From assembly GCA_964016885.1 (NCBI GenBank), contig OZ024745.1, positions 44,578,001-44,642,000 of the forward strand: 64,000 nt of DNA. Direction: 5' to 3'. The stretch is from Eledone cirrhosa (Eukaryota). Positions within the stretch are counted from its first letter, which is position 1, and each line of letters begins with the position of its first letter. The notes under the pieces are model-generated. The model saw only the letters and a program-made list of their open reading frames with translations, searched no databases and had not been told where the DNA came from. The position numbers and the translations under genes were made by a program. Positions 1-12,552 of this stretch are shown one piece after another.

Positions 1-268
1 CCAGCCCCACACTGTAAATGTGGTTGGTGTTAGGAAGGGCATCCAGCTGTAGAAAACCCGCCAGACAGTCCACGCTGTAATGTGGCCGTGTAGGCAACAC
101 GGTAAAAACCTCCCAGCCCCACACTGTAAATGTGGTTGGTGTTAGGAAGGGCATCCAGCTGTAGAAAACCCGCCAGACAGTCCTATGCGAGCAAGACAAC
201 CACTCTTGCTTCAAGTGGGAAAACCCCCGTCCAAACCCATGCAAGCGTGGAACACGGACGTTAAATGT

Positions 269-299
<31 letters not shown>
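1..299 (+). mobile_element. SINE 3' part with an internal ~112-bp duplication and RTE-like (TGA)n tail
   Basis: 1-71 is repeated at 113-183; ends CCATGCAAGCGTGGAA..GACGTTAAA(TGA)n, as do many other copies in the window. Confidence 0.75.
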
Positions 300-435
300 C
301 CATATTCAAGATAGACATTTGTATATTTTCCATTCCATATTCTCCAACACAAATCAAAGAAATCAGTTTCTCTGATTTCTTTATTTCATTGTCTGACCAT
401 GAAATTTGTATCATTTTGCCCTCTGGTCCATTTAA

Positions 436-645
436 CCCTTTAGCATTTAAACCAGCCATATCCAGCGAGAATTCTCACCTCTTTCTGTTCAAACTGACCA
501 CTTATACTGACGTTAAGGTGTTGTTCTCAGAATTAAAAAAGAAACAGCAAAATCTCAGATTCAATATTATGTGAGATAATTATTTAAGATAAAGCCTTTA
601 TCACAAAAATACAATTGTATATATAGTAATGTAAATGCTAAAGGG
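436..645. mobile_element. piggyBac-type MITE
   Basis: TTAA on both sides; perfect 14-bp TIR CCCTTTAGCATTTA / TAAATGCTAAAGGG. Confidence 0.85.
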
Positions 646-1298
646 TTAAAAGAAAATATCAGAATATGAAATAGTATACTTTATTCCCTCTCATTGAGAT
701 TCAATAACAATTTCATGATGAAAAAAAAAATAGTTTTCTTAAATAGACACTTTTTTTACTTTATTTAATAGGTTTGGAAGGGGTTAGGCCTATGGCCTTT
801 GTAGGCTGTCCAACACTGGTGGGATGAATTCATTTAACATTCCTTTTGAACAATTATAAGCTGGCTTGTGAGGTGAATACAATATGGATGACAAGAGGAG
901 GAGAGATAAGTATCAGGAGTACCAGAGTGAAGGAGGCACAAGACCAGTCAGCACCAGGGAGCAGGGGCCACTGTAGTTATAGTAGAAAAGATTGAGAGAA
1001 GAGGTAGTATGTGTGTGGACCAGATTGGAGTGTGTTCATGAGCAACTTCATGCCAAACCGTCAGCTGCTCATTTTCAGGATGTGTGTGTGTAACACCAAT
1101 AGTCTATTGTAGGTCTCACCGGAGTTTTGTAGAGGGTTAATAATTGTCAGAGATTTTAAAGTATTTTCTGTTGCAGAAGAAGAATGGCAATCTTTGTGGT
1201 GCAGTTGAGTATGTTCATCCAGTGATGGTCAGGCAGACTAGCATTTGTAGCTACCTTGAAGGTTCTAGTTGCATACTGTTAATATTTAGACAAAGTGT

Positions 1299-1445
1299 AA
1301 TAATTGTTTCTACTTTAGGCACAAGGCCAGCAATTACCCAGTGCATTACTGGTACTTTATTTTATCGACCCCGTAAGGATGAAAGGCAAAGTCAACCTCG
1401 GCGGGATTTGAACTCGGATCATAAAGGGACGTAACTATGCTGGAC
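1299..1445 (-). mobile_element. tRNA-derived SINE, 5'-truncated copy of a high-copy family
   Basis: Core GAGTTCAAATCCCGCCGAGGTT..CTTTGCCTTTCATCCTTACGGGGTCGATAAAATAAAGTACCAG. Near-identical copies at ~10300, 15385, 20275, 32152, 39718, 42548, 42978, 53215 and 58625. Confidence 0.85.
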
Positions 1446-1700
1446 AAAGTGTAATAATGTTTACTTGTTATATGTAATGATTGGATCTTTGTTTAACTGT
1501 TGTTAAAAGAGGCAAGACTGACATAACTTCGCTGTATAGGAAAATAATAAACCAGGTGTGACTCACCAAAGAGAAACATTACATAATGGTGCCTTCAACA
1601 ATAATAAAAATAACAAAATGTCACTTATATAAACCATTTAGTCCTCAAATTGAAATGTTTGAGATATTACATCAGGTATAGAGTAATAGCAGTAGTAACA

Positions 1701-1706
1701 TTTATT
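1701..1706 (-). terminator. Candidate polyadenylation signal for SENP8
   Basis: AATAAA on the minus strand about 340 nt after the stop; weak evidence in AT-rich DNA. Confidence 0.3.
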
Positions 1707-2047
1707 CTTAATGTTCTTGTAGAATTATTTGTATTCCTTATATTCATAGAATATAATAGATATATTTGGTCTGATATACATCAGGAAATGTATATACAGA
1801 AAGAGATGGGAAATAAACAAAACAAATAACAACTGTGAGAGTATGGGAATTAATCCTTCAGAATTATATCAATTCTTCTTTTCCTGCGAATTTACCCAGC
1901 TAAGTGTCATTAAATTGAATGATTGGTTAATTTTGATGAAGAAGACATCGAAACATCAGCAAAAGGGGGGTGAGTACAGATGTTATTTTTGTGATGAATG
2001 AAACGAAAGGGATCAAAACTGAAAGTCCAAATTAAGTTCTATAAAAA

Positions 2048-2211
2048 CTAGGAAATATTTTTTAAAGAGCAAATCAGGTCTTTGATATCTTGTCGTTTCT
2101 TCTGTATTTTGATACCGGATATACTATACTCAAGAGGAACTGAATATGCTTCAAGATTCTGACGGACAAGATGTTGGCATGCTGCTATCACATGGATGCC
2201 ACAGTCATAAC
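2048..2211 (-). CDS. SENP8: SENP8 coding exon 6 (catalytic Cys, stop)
   Basis: tag|GYDCGIHVIAACQHLVRQN...KKRQDIKDLICSLKNIS-TAG. Confidence 0.93.
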
Positions 2212-5200
2212 CTAAAGTTAAATGGATAGAGAAATATATAAATAAAAGACCATGAAGCAATGATACATAAATGATATAAAAAGCTATAATTTGTGCTGTT
2301 TCTTTAATGCTGTTAATTAAAAATACAAGGCAGACCTCTCCTGTTGATTATCACCCTGCAGGCTATAACAGAAGAGTTTAAGACTGGCTGCCCATGGGAG
2401 CTTCTGTATGCCGATGATCTAACCCTTATAGCTGAACTAGATAAGAACTTCCAAACCATAGAATCTAAAGGTCTCAAAGTCAACTTGGCAAAGACCAAAG
2501 TCCTAGTATGTAGAAAGGATAACAGGGCCCAAATTCCCTCAGGGAAATGACTACTCTCAGTGTGCAAGAGAGGAGTAGATAGAAACTCCATCCTATGCTC
2601 AAATGCAAACTATGGATAGACAAGAGATGTAGGATCTTAGGTAGGCTAGCAAAGAATGCAGTGTTTCCATTGAATTGAAAGCTACTTTACAGAGTGTCCT
2701 GAGTGCACCTACACTAGTAAGATTGTTAGGTCCTCAACAAAGCCAAAAGGTCCTTTCTACTCCATGCTGTCTTGGTTTGTTTGTCAACACTTTCAAGTGG
2801 GGGAGGGGGAGATAAAATCAAAATTACCGTTTTCTTGTTGTGGACAGTTCATTTCTTTAAATGTGGCCTTTTCTTCAGCTTTTACATTAAAGAAATAAGA
2901 AATAAAATATTAATTAGGAAATCAATTTAGTGAAAACAATTTAATCATACGGTGTCATCATTTTATTTCTGCTTAGTGCCTCTACTGGCAGACATCTTTC
3001 ATATCTAAAATATTTTAAACATAGCTAGTATTATTTTTAAAAAGATCACATGGTTTTAAAATAAGAGATATTTCTTATTATCCAAATGTACGTACATAGA
3101 TAACATCTGCATAAAACACAACAGAGGTGGTATATTGATGATATCACATTACAGTAACAACAGTGATGGTATATTAATGATATCGCATCATTACAGTAAC
3201 AACAGCGATGGTATATTAATGATATCGCATCATTACAGTAACAACAGCGATGGTATATTGACGATATCTCAACATCACAGTAACTACAGAGATGATATAT
3301 TGATGATATCTCAACATCACTAACTACAGAGATGGTATATTGATGATATCAGAACATCACAGTAAATACAGAGGTGGTGTATTGATGATATCAGAACATC
3401 ACAGTAAATACAGAGGTGGTGTATTGATGATATCACATTATAGTAAATACAGAGGTGGTATATTGATATCACATCATCACAGTAAATACAGAGGTGAAAT
3501 ATTGATGATATCACAACATCACAGTAAATACAAAAGTACAAGGTTATGGTATAGCAAGGGTGGTGGATTGGCAGAATTGGTAGAGTGTCAGATAAAGTGC
3601 TATTGCAGCATTTGTTCTGGCTCCTTACATTCTAAATTCAAATCCCACCATGGTCAACCTTGCCTTTCATCCTTCCGGAGTCGATAAAATAAAGTACCAG
3701 TCAAGTACTGGGGTAGATTTAATCAACTTTGTTCTTCCACTAAATTTGCTGGCTTTGTGTTTAACATAGAAATCAATACATTTTGTGTGTGTGTATGTTG
3801 GACCTCTGTCGATTTTGTTGAGTGTTACAGTTGTTTGAATAATGGAACTGCCTGCTTGTGAAATTAACATGTAAAAAGCTGAGCATTCCACAGACACATG
3901 TACTCTTAACATAGTTCTCAGGGAGATTCAGCCTTACAGTGTGTGTGACAAGATAAGCTCTTTGAATTACCAATACAAATCATTTTTGCCAACACAGTGG
4001 AGTGACTGAAGCAACATGAAATAAAGTTTCTCGCTCACGGATACAACATGCCACCTGGTCTGGGAACTAAACACAACCTTATGATTGTGAGCCTAGCACT
4101 AATCCCTAAGCCATGTGTTTCCAATGTTAAAATAAAAATATGAAGAATATTAGACTTTCTTGAGATGTTAACCTAAAGTCTTAACTGTTTGTATCCTGTT
4201 TTTGATGACCTGACCTCTACCTGAACAAGACATATCAATCCAGTTCAACTTATCCATATGTACTCCAGACAGGAAAAAATCACAATTATAGGTAACAGCA
4301 CAATATAACCAAGAAGAGTGTTTTGCTAACTTGTAGTTGCTAGACTTAAAACTTCCCCCAAACATGGGTATATATTTTTAGTGTATTCTACCCAAAATAA
4401 TTCTGCCTCATTTCTAGGATTATCAAGAACCAGAGTAAAATATGGATAATGATGCATTCATCTTCATTGAAGTGAGCTAAAAAAAAAATTTTAATGGATT
4501 TTGTTTTGTTTTGTTTTGTTTTTTTGCAAGTGGCTTTACTGTGAAATTTTACTATTACCAACTGCTCAGGTCTTGAAACTGTCATATTACATTGATAAAA
4601 CTGATAAATTTTGATAGGCTTACCACAAAAATTTGTCTGCAGTTTTTTACATAAACTTTCAGCAATAGACATATTTGATGGAGTCATAGAATCATAGTGG
4701 TGGAATTCATTTCTGTGCCCATGATACATCAGTAAACTCCTACAAATAATTTTAAAAAAATTTTTTTACAAATCTAGAATCTTAAACCTAAGAGATTATG
4801 CATACATGTACATATTTTTTTATACATGGGATATGAACACCTAGATTGTCAACTACTCTTTTTTTCTGCTTTGATTTGGTTTAAAAAAAATCTGGGTATC
4901 TTTCTATAAAACATAAGTTTATGTATCATTAGCTTAAGAGGACTTTCCAGCTGTGTTGGTGGTCTACAAATGTACACAGTACACTCTGTAAAATGGCCAG
5001 TGGTAAGAAGAGCATCCAGCCATAGAAAGTCTGCCAAACAAAGGGTCAGGAGGACTCTTCAGCAGTGTCAAAGTCATGACAACTTGCCTAGTGCTGGTGA
5101 TCTACACAAACATGCCTAGTACACTCTGTAAAGTGGTTGATGATAGAAAGAGCATCTAGTCATAGAAGACCTGCCAAACAAAGGGTTGGGCAGACTCTTC

Positions 5201-8200
5201 ACCTGTGTCAAGGACATAACAGACTCTAGTGCTGGTACCATGATAAATTGCACTCAGTAAAATACAATAATGCATGTAAGTGAGATGCAGGCCTCTGACT
5301 CATCTGAACATATGTAAGCAAAATGTAAGCTCCTGGCCCATCTAAGAGATCAGTAGCTCCATTTGAGTACTGACTTGGTCTGTGACAATTCACCCAACCC
5401 TGCTAGCAAGGAAAGCCAATATTAAATGATGATTAAATGATCTTTCACTTTATTGTGCTTTAATAAAAAAAATTAACATACCAATGTGATCCACCATATT
5501 GGTAAGCAGCCATGTTGTTATTGACAGCCATAAAGACATATTGCTTTAATTTCAAATTTAATGGATCTAGAAAAATACCCATTTCATTCTCTGCAAGAAA
5601 ATATATTAGAATGTAATGATAGGAGATTTGAGACAAAATTTATAATAATGATAATTTCATTTAATTTTTTTTTAAAATCTACCTCAATATATAGGTGCCA
5701 CCCTTCTTAATTACAGAGTATTTGGGGAAATATAGTTAGAAATCTACTGTTACTTTGAGACTAGTTTGGTGAATCATATTGTACTGAAATTATTGGCTGC
5801 AATGACGCTAGTATTTTGTAAATGCTATGATAAAAATGCACCCAAGATGGCAATACTGGTGACCACCGAGCCCACTCTGTAAGATGGCAGTATTGGAGAC
5901 AATAAAAGGCACCCAGTCCACTCTGTAAGGTGGTAGGAGTGCTAGTACCATGAAAAAAGCTTGCACCATCTAACCCTTGCAAGCATGGAATGTGATGAAG
6001 AAAATAAAACCTATTACCTGTCAGGTCAGGTTTCTGCCTGCTACTGATACCATATAACCCAGTACAACCCGATTCATGGTCGAGTGGTTGGTGACTAAAC
6101 CGGCTCCCCCACTAAACCCTGGTCTGATGAGGATGGTAAGTGGAACCCCAGAAGCACAAAAAACAAGAGCTGTTAAGAGTGGATAAACTCCTCAGAGTCA
6201 ATGGCCATCCACCCCAACTATGGATTAAATAACCTCACCAACCCACAATTGGCCAATTGTGGTGAGTACAGCTATACCTCTGATATGACCAAAACCAAAC
6301 AGAAAGCAGTTGAGATCACCCAGAGAGGGGTTCCTCCAACAAGAGTGAGAAGGCCCTGGTTTGGATTGGATTATGCATAGATAGAATTCTTTTATATGAA
6401 CAAACTCAGAATCTACTGTTTGGGAATGAATATAATAACTCACCCATAGAGAAGTCATAAGCATGCAATATCTGTTAATTTGACACGCATGAAAAGAGAG
6501 TTTCTGAATTCCACTATAATGGCTCCAAAACCAAGAAGGGGCTGAAGGTACTTTAGTGAACATCTACTTGAAATTAAAACTATCTCCATTTATTAATACA
6601 GACTAAACTATTGTTCTTTTGTACATATATTTATAAATATCAAATGAAGGGTAGACATATCATCTAGGTCACTCTTAAATATCTTTTCAAATAGCGCTTT
6701 GTTCTATAGTAAAATGAGGTTATAAGCAACAAATTGGCAAGTTGTTTGAACATTAAATAGAATGCTTTGTGGTATTCGTTCTGGCGCTCTAAGTTCAAAT
6801 CCCACCAAGGTCGACTGTCTTTTATCCTTTCAAAGTTGATAAAAAATAGCACCCGTCTAGTACTGGGGTCACTTCTTCCTTGCTATCCTTCTCTGGAAGA
6901 AATCTGCAGTGTTAAAATGCACAAGAAATGCTGTATGCCCCTATGGCACCCCCATGACTCCACCAGGAGATAAGGATCCATACATACAAAATGGCACTAA
7001 AAATATTGATTCTGTTTTATATTGTTGAGTTACATGAATATCTACTTCATATTCATTAGAAAAAAAGAATATTACTTCATTTGAATAACCACCGACTTAG
7101 TATGTATGATTATAAACAAAAATAGTTACGTGGAGAAAACTTTATAGCTTGAATGACAGAAGGACTGATGAAAGCCACAAGATCTGCACAGTGGTGATAT
7201 TGCTCTCGTTCAAAATATCTGCAACAAAATAAACAAATTTAAAGGATATACATTCTTATAGGGAGAAAATCTTTAGTTACAAAATTTAACATCACTTTCA
7301 ATTGGACTGATAGCTATATAATGATTTCTGATAATGAAAGCCAACAATTTTAGGGGAGGGGAAAGTCGATTAAATAGATCCCAGTGTATTACTGGAACTT
7401 TATTTTTTATCAACCCCTGTAAGGATGAAAGGCAAAGCTAACCTTGGCAGGATTTGAACTTAGACCAAAAAGGACCACAACTATGTTGCAAAGTATGGTG
7501 TCCAACACTCTACCAATATTGCCAATCCACCGCATAGCAGTATAATGCAAAGGAAAGAGTATCAGATTGGTGCTCCCTAATTAGTGACCTATATTTTGAG
7601 CCCAGCTTTCTCTCAAGTTGGCAAACCTTCAACAATTACTCCAAAACATTGACATAATTAAGCCCCACCAAAATTTTTCATGTTATTGTATATGCCCAGA
7701 AGGTGCATGGCTTAGTGGTTAGAGCATTGGGCTTGCAATCGTGAGGTTGTGAGTTCAATTCTCGGACAGGGTGATGTGTTGTTTCCTTGAGCAAGACACT
7801 TTATTTCACGTTGCTCCAGTTTACTCAGCTGTAGAAATGAGATGATAGGACTGGGGTCTATCATTAAACCATCCAAGACACCTCCAATGAGATATACCTT
7901 GGAGGAGGCCAGCTAAACCTGCATAGGTGTGAGCTGTCACACACACACATGCCCAGAGTCAGTGCCTTGTATAAATTCTTATCTCTGCAATGTTTGGACA
8001 ACCTAATCTTTGGGAAACTTGAAAGTTTGGTTATGGTCAGACATTCTCTAGAGTCTTGTGACCAGGCTGCATTGACAAAATGATTCAGGGGTCAAGGCTG
8101 ATGTAAATGCTTGTCTGTCTCTACTCTGATTTCTTTCTTCCATCCATGCTTGCTCTCCTTTGGTGGGTAATATCCTCTTTCCAACAGAGAGGTGGATAAA

Positions 8201-11200
8201 GAAAGCCCTACTACAATGAGGGCTGGGTTTATCAGTTCTTGGTGCAGAGCAAGACAGATTGAAGCAGTGAATCTGAGGCAACATATTCAAGAGACACTTT
8301 CAACTCTTTCTTTAATCAATCTGATCAATACTCAAAGTGCCACTTTCTATGAATGCCAAACACTCGGGGATGGGTTGTTGTTTGCCTCTAGCAAACATCA
8401 ATGGCCTACTCAATCACAATGGACACATCTCTATCACATGGAATAACTTCAATGATGTGGGAAGCCCCTTGATTCCATGGATTGTCTTGTTGGCTAAATG
8501 CTTCACTCATCATACTGAGAAAGCCCTGGCCAATGTCAATATCCTCTCAATTCTGGAACCAACTAGAATGTCCAGAGTTGATCGGAAGAGGCCAGAAGTT
8601 CTAATCCTTTTTCGTAACATTTGGGATGTCACAATTCGTAACTCTTTTTGCTCCTTCCCACATCTTCGATGCTGCAGTAAATGTGAGGGCCACTGCATTC
8701 GTAGATAAACAGAATAAAATTCTAAAATACCATGAATTATCAGCAAACTATTTTGTTCGGTCTGAAGCATTCTAGAATTTTGAGAACTGGGTTGCTGACG
8801 AGGTTCTTGTAATTGTTGAGGACTCACCTTACCAACATATCAGAATAATGTTGGTGAAGGTGCTTGGTTATTCCAGTGCGTTGACTTTACTATCACTCGC
8901 AAATGTCTTGGATTGACTAAAAAATTAAAAGGGAAACTCCAGTAGTGTTGAATGTGTGCGTCTTTTTTAATTTTTCCTTTTCTCTGATTACTTCATTAAT
9001 GCAAGTTGTTAATCTTTTGATAATTCATGTAAACAAAAATGTGTAATATTTTGCATTTTAAAATTCTATGGGCTATGGTAAAATACAAAATATTTAATCA
9101 TAATATAAAATAAAACTAAAAAAAATAAAACTTGAATACAGTAGTGTTACGAAGCGAGCGTGAGCTCGTGCAGTAAATAGTTGATTAGTATATTTTAAAA
9201 CGTATAAAGTAAAAAAGTTTACAACCCAAAGTGGAAATCAAATTTTATTTTATTTACATATGTGTATGCATATTTTAACTTTTAAAAAAATATGTTTTAA
9301 GATAATAATGATAAATTATTTTAATACGTGCCGTATGAAAATACTTTAAATCTAGATCCTATTCACCTTTTTACAAATGCAATGTACCCTTGACATTTTC
9401 TCCAAAGAAGCCAAACAAAAATAGATAGAAAGTGTCAAGTTCTTATAATAGGGACTGCATTCTTGCACAGGCCATTTCCAGACTTGCATATAAGCCTTAA
9501 AATGTCTACAAATAAGGTATTAGTAGAAATTGTGGAAGAAAATAAAGAAGGGTGTTTGGTTATTCCAGAGCCTTAACATCGCTATCACCTGCGGCAATGC
9601 CAAGAATGTGTTGGGATTGCCTGAAAATTATTAGAAGAGAGGGAACTCCAGTGCTCCTTGATCCCACGATATGTGAACATAGAAGTATTATATATATATA
9701 TATATATATACATACATACATACATACATACATACATACATACATACATCGTTTATTTATATGCAGAATTATGTGGAATAAAAGAATTAACTTCAGTGAG
9801 AATATATCTCTTGAAGATGTTTACCTATATCATTTATAATAATTCTGTTCTTTAAAAAAATTAAGTACAGAATGGAATACAATTTGTATCTTAATCGTGA
9901 TTTAAACAAAAAAAAACTGTCCCTCAATACATATAGGCACCAAAATTATATTTTAAAAGCTTCGTTCAGTAACAACACTTCATGTTAGACACTACTCCTG
10001 TCCGAAACAGAATTTCCACCTCCACAACTATTTTGCAACTATTTTTTGTTCTTAGTGTAGACCATTACTAATTTCTCTGGGATTCTAATTGGTTTTCTTT
10101 GACTATTATCAAAAGAATGTTATTTTAAAATTCCATATCACATTTGTAATAAGAACACTGTAAATAAAGCTACATATTTATTCGAGCCAATATAGTCGTT
10201 TAGTTTTCAAAGGAAAATGTTCTAGTGTAACTATAACAGAAATAATCGAAAATAAAATAATATACTGAGCCTTTTTTATAGTTAACCTTGTTTCTTTACT
10301 AATAATTGTTTCTACTTTAGGCACAAGGCCAGCAATTACTCAGTACATTACTGGTACTTTATTTTATCGACCCCGTAAGGATGAAAAGCAAAGTAAACCT
10401 CGGCAGGAATAAACAAAAAACTGGGATTAAGTACTACATTCTGTGAAAAACATGATAAACAAGCGAAAACCAAAAATATCCGATCTTTTAGCTGCAACTG
10501 ATACTACCGTCTCGAAATTAAAGCTAGAAATAATGTTGTATGGGGTAAAATTATAATGTTGTTAATAATATTGAAAATTAAAATAAAGAAAAGTTTGGTT
10601 AGTGAAGGTCAACGTAAAATAGAAACAAGCTAGCGGTTGAAAAAACTTCAAACGCTTTAAACATGATAGTGTCAATGGACGAAAATAGACTCTTGTAAAC
10701 ATTCTTGTCTGATGAAGAATAGCTCTAACATCAACTTTAAATACTCCTTTTCACAGAACAATATATAATTTAGCTTTTATAAAATATACTTTTAACAATG
10801 CAGACCATACATGAAATTCCTCCAAATTCTTTAATAAAATCATGTTCCGTCTCATTTTGTTTTCTCCTTTATGTTACTCATAACGTTGGGAGACACGAAA
10901 TTAATTAAATGGACAGTTTTACAAAGAATATTTTAAGAAGTATAAAGCTTCACAAGTAGGGAAAAAACGTGGGGAACAGAAACCAAATTTCAACTGTTAA
11001 ATGTCAATAATAATTAAATGGTTTAATTATACAGCTAAGAATAAGTTTGAAATAGATATAAAAGAAATGGGTTATTCATAAAGAGAGAAAGTATAAATAA
11101 AAGTAAAGTTACTCGAAGCAAAATTCAATGATTTTATCATTGATCCAGTTGGGTGGATCCAGTAATCCATAGTCAGATACCCGTAACAAGCTATTGTGAA

Positions 11201-11231
11201 AACTGAGCACTATAGCTTCTTTGCCAGCCAT
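2048..11231 (-). CDS. SENP8: Sentrin-specific protease 8 / NEDD8-specific protease NEDP1 (DEN1); join of 11113-11231, 7130-7218, 5482-5590, 4624-4739, 2828-2878, 2048-2211 (648 nt, 215 aa)
   Basis: Hand-spliced with GT-AG introns in phase. MAGKEAIVLSFHNSLLRVSDYGLLDPPNWINDKIIEFCFEYFE...AFISP...IFLDPLNL...VFMAVNNN...GGSHWSLL...FHHYDS...CPQQENGYDCGIHV; the Ulp1/C48 His-Asp-Cys triad and oxyanion Gln are present and the sequence is colinear with NEDP1 as I recall it. Confidence 0.95.
2330..2660 (+). mobile_element. RTE-clade LINE reverse transcriptase fragment
   Basis: [27 protein letters not shown]; degenerate. Confidence 0.85.
2828..2878 (-). CDS. SENP8: SENP8 coding exon 5 (51 nt, oxyanion Gln)
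   Basis: aag|AEEKATFKEMNCPQQEN|gtaat; the acceptor is AAG, so that boundary is less certain. Confidence 0.85.
3113..3532. repeat. Minisatellite, ~42-bp unit (some 39 bp), about 10 copies
   Basis: Tandem units of GAGGTGGTATATTGATGATATCACAACATCACAGTAAATACA in SENP8 intron 4. Confidence 0.9.
4624..4739 (-). CDS. SENP8: SENP8 coding exon 4 (catalytic Asp)
   Basis: tag|SLLMYHGHRNEFHHYDSMTPSNMSIAESLCKKLQTNFC|gtaag. Confidence 0.93.
5482..5590 (-). CDS. SENP8: SENP8 coding exon 3 (catalytic His)
   Basis: cag|NEMGIFLDPLNLKLKQYVFMAVNNNMAAYQYGGSH(W)|gtatg. Confidence 0.93.
7130..7218 (-). CDS. SENP8: SENP8 coding exon 2
   Basis: cag|YFEREQYHHCADLVAFISPSVIQAIKFSP|gtaact. Confidence 0.92.
7700..7865 (+). 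mobile_element. tRNA-derived SINE (second family) with Pol III A/B boxes
   Basis: GCATGGCTTAGTGGTTAGAGC...GAGTTCAATTC; a near-identical copy at 24183-24345 is nested in another SINE. Confidence 0.8.
8200..8910 (+). mobile_element. Decayed CRE-like non-LTR retrotransposon, C-terminal restriction-like endonuclease region
   Basis: SILEPTRMSRVDRKRPE...WDVT and, in another frame, KYHELSANY resemble LEP.GL.R.DGKRPDG..WD.T..K.KY of CRE-clade elements; frameshifted. Confidence 0.6.
11113..11231 (-). CDS. SENP8: SENP8 coding exon 1
   Basis: ATG..MAGKEAIVLSFHNSLLRVSDYGLLDPPNWINDKIIEFCF|gtaact. Confidence 0.93.
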
Positions 11232-11283
11232 CGTTTAACTAACGGAGGGCTAAACATTGCATGTCTGTATATGATTTATTTCT

Positions 11284-11302
11284 TCTGACGTAATATCCGG
11301 TT
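11284..11302 (-). promoter_or_regulatory. Candidate SENP8 proximal promoter motifs (ETS-like ACCGGAT next to CRE/ATF-like TTACGTCA)
   Basis: aaccggatattacgtcaga lies 55-70 nt upstream of the ATG, with CpGs retained in a CpG-poor background. Confidence 0.35.
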
Positions 11303-12316
11303 TAAATAAAATAGCAGCCGTCTTTTATTTTTTTAAATTGATACAAAATAAATGTTTTCAATTAAAAGTTCTACTGGAAAAATGTTCAAGTAGCCAAATT
11401 CGAATCATCTGCGTTGAGAAGAATGAATGTAAAATAATATATTTCTGCTAAATATATAGAAAAGAAAACATTAATTTAGTATTGATATATTTTTAAAATA
11501 AAATACGTCTGATATTTTATTTATTTTACATCATCTCAGGCCACTCCTTGGTGCTACTGGTAACATGTAACCCAGTACAACCTGTCAAATGGTCGGGTCG
11601 TTGGCGACTAAACCTGCAATCTCACAAAGTTTGCTTGGTGAGGAGGGTGATTTTGGATACCCTGAAGGATGACAAAACCTGACAAAGGGCAGAGGAATTC
11701 CTAGTGTGTACATAACTATATATTGTGCATATGTATATATTGTGTACACATATATATTGCGTACACATCTAAATATTGTGTATATATGTATATATTTTGT
11801 GGGTGTGTAAATATGTATATGTTAATTTAAGCACCGGATGGTCGTTTGTGGTGTCCCAGTGTCTGTTCAACATACCACTTAGCAAACTGATGACCACAAT
11901 ATATGCTCATTCAAGCTGAGCCCCTAGCCTCTCTCAGTTCAAAGACCGAGCTGCATGATGAAAAGCCACATCCTACATGTGGTGCCTCTAGTTTGGCTAT
12001 CATAGGGTTGTCTAGTAGAACAGGTTGGATCTAGAGGAGTAAGCCTTAATAAAAATCCTGCTTGTCTCATCCTGTTTACTATGATAGTAAACAGTAGCTT
12101 ATGCGACAATCATCAGTTTAATTAGTTGACCTCGGTTTCATGACCACCAGTGACTTCACAGATAATTGACTATTAATTTGACAATGGGTTGACACAACTG
12201 CTCTGGTTAGCAGAGAGATCTATGAGTATACATGAGTGGCAAGCCACATATGTACTAGCCATTAGAAAAAGCAAAATTAATGCTTCGCCTTCGAAAAAGA
12301 GATGACACAAGAAGAG

Positions 12317-12552
12317 AAATTTATAGAAAAGCACCCACTGGAGTTCGTTAAGAAATATTTTATTTTTGTGTGTTTTCAACTAATCTGACCTCCAACATGG
12401 TCGCAATCAACTTTTTTTTTTGCAAACGGAATGGTGGTGGGGAAGATTTCTTTGACCATGTCGCAGGTCAGATTATTTGAAAACACACGAAAAGTAAATA
12501 GGAAAAAAAAAAAATTCTTAACGATCCCCAGCGAGTGCTTTTCTATAAATTT
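12317..12552. repeat. Foldback/MITE-like inverted repeat, ~85-bp imperfect arms
   Basis: AAATTTATAGAAAAGCAC...GTGTGTTTTCAA.TAATCTGACCT..ACATGGTC pairs with GACCATGT..AGGTCAGATTA..TTGAAAACACAC...GTGCTTTTCTATAAATTT. Confidence 0.85.

Noticed and set aside
3135-3687. His-rich repeat ORFs (MISHHYSNNSDG)
   Set aside because: Translations of an intronic 42-bp minisatellite.
6125-6165. Hammerhead ribozyme at CTGATGA...GAAG
   Set aside because: Lacks GAAA, and the homologous copy at ~11635 reads TTGGTGA, so the core is not conserved.
7700-7775. tRNA gene
   Set aside because: A and B boxes are present but the anticodon and acceptor stems do not pair, and the sequence continues into a SINE body.
9380-11000. 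Possible nested gene or transposase in SENP8 intron 1
   Set aside because: No sustained ORF or recognisable motif on either strand.
7120-11112. U12-type introns in SENP8 (two GTAACT donors)
   Set aside because: They do not match the U12 consensus RTATCCTT and are ordinary weak U2 donors.
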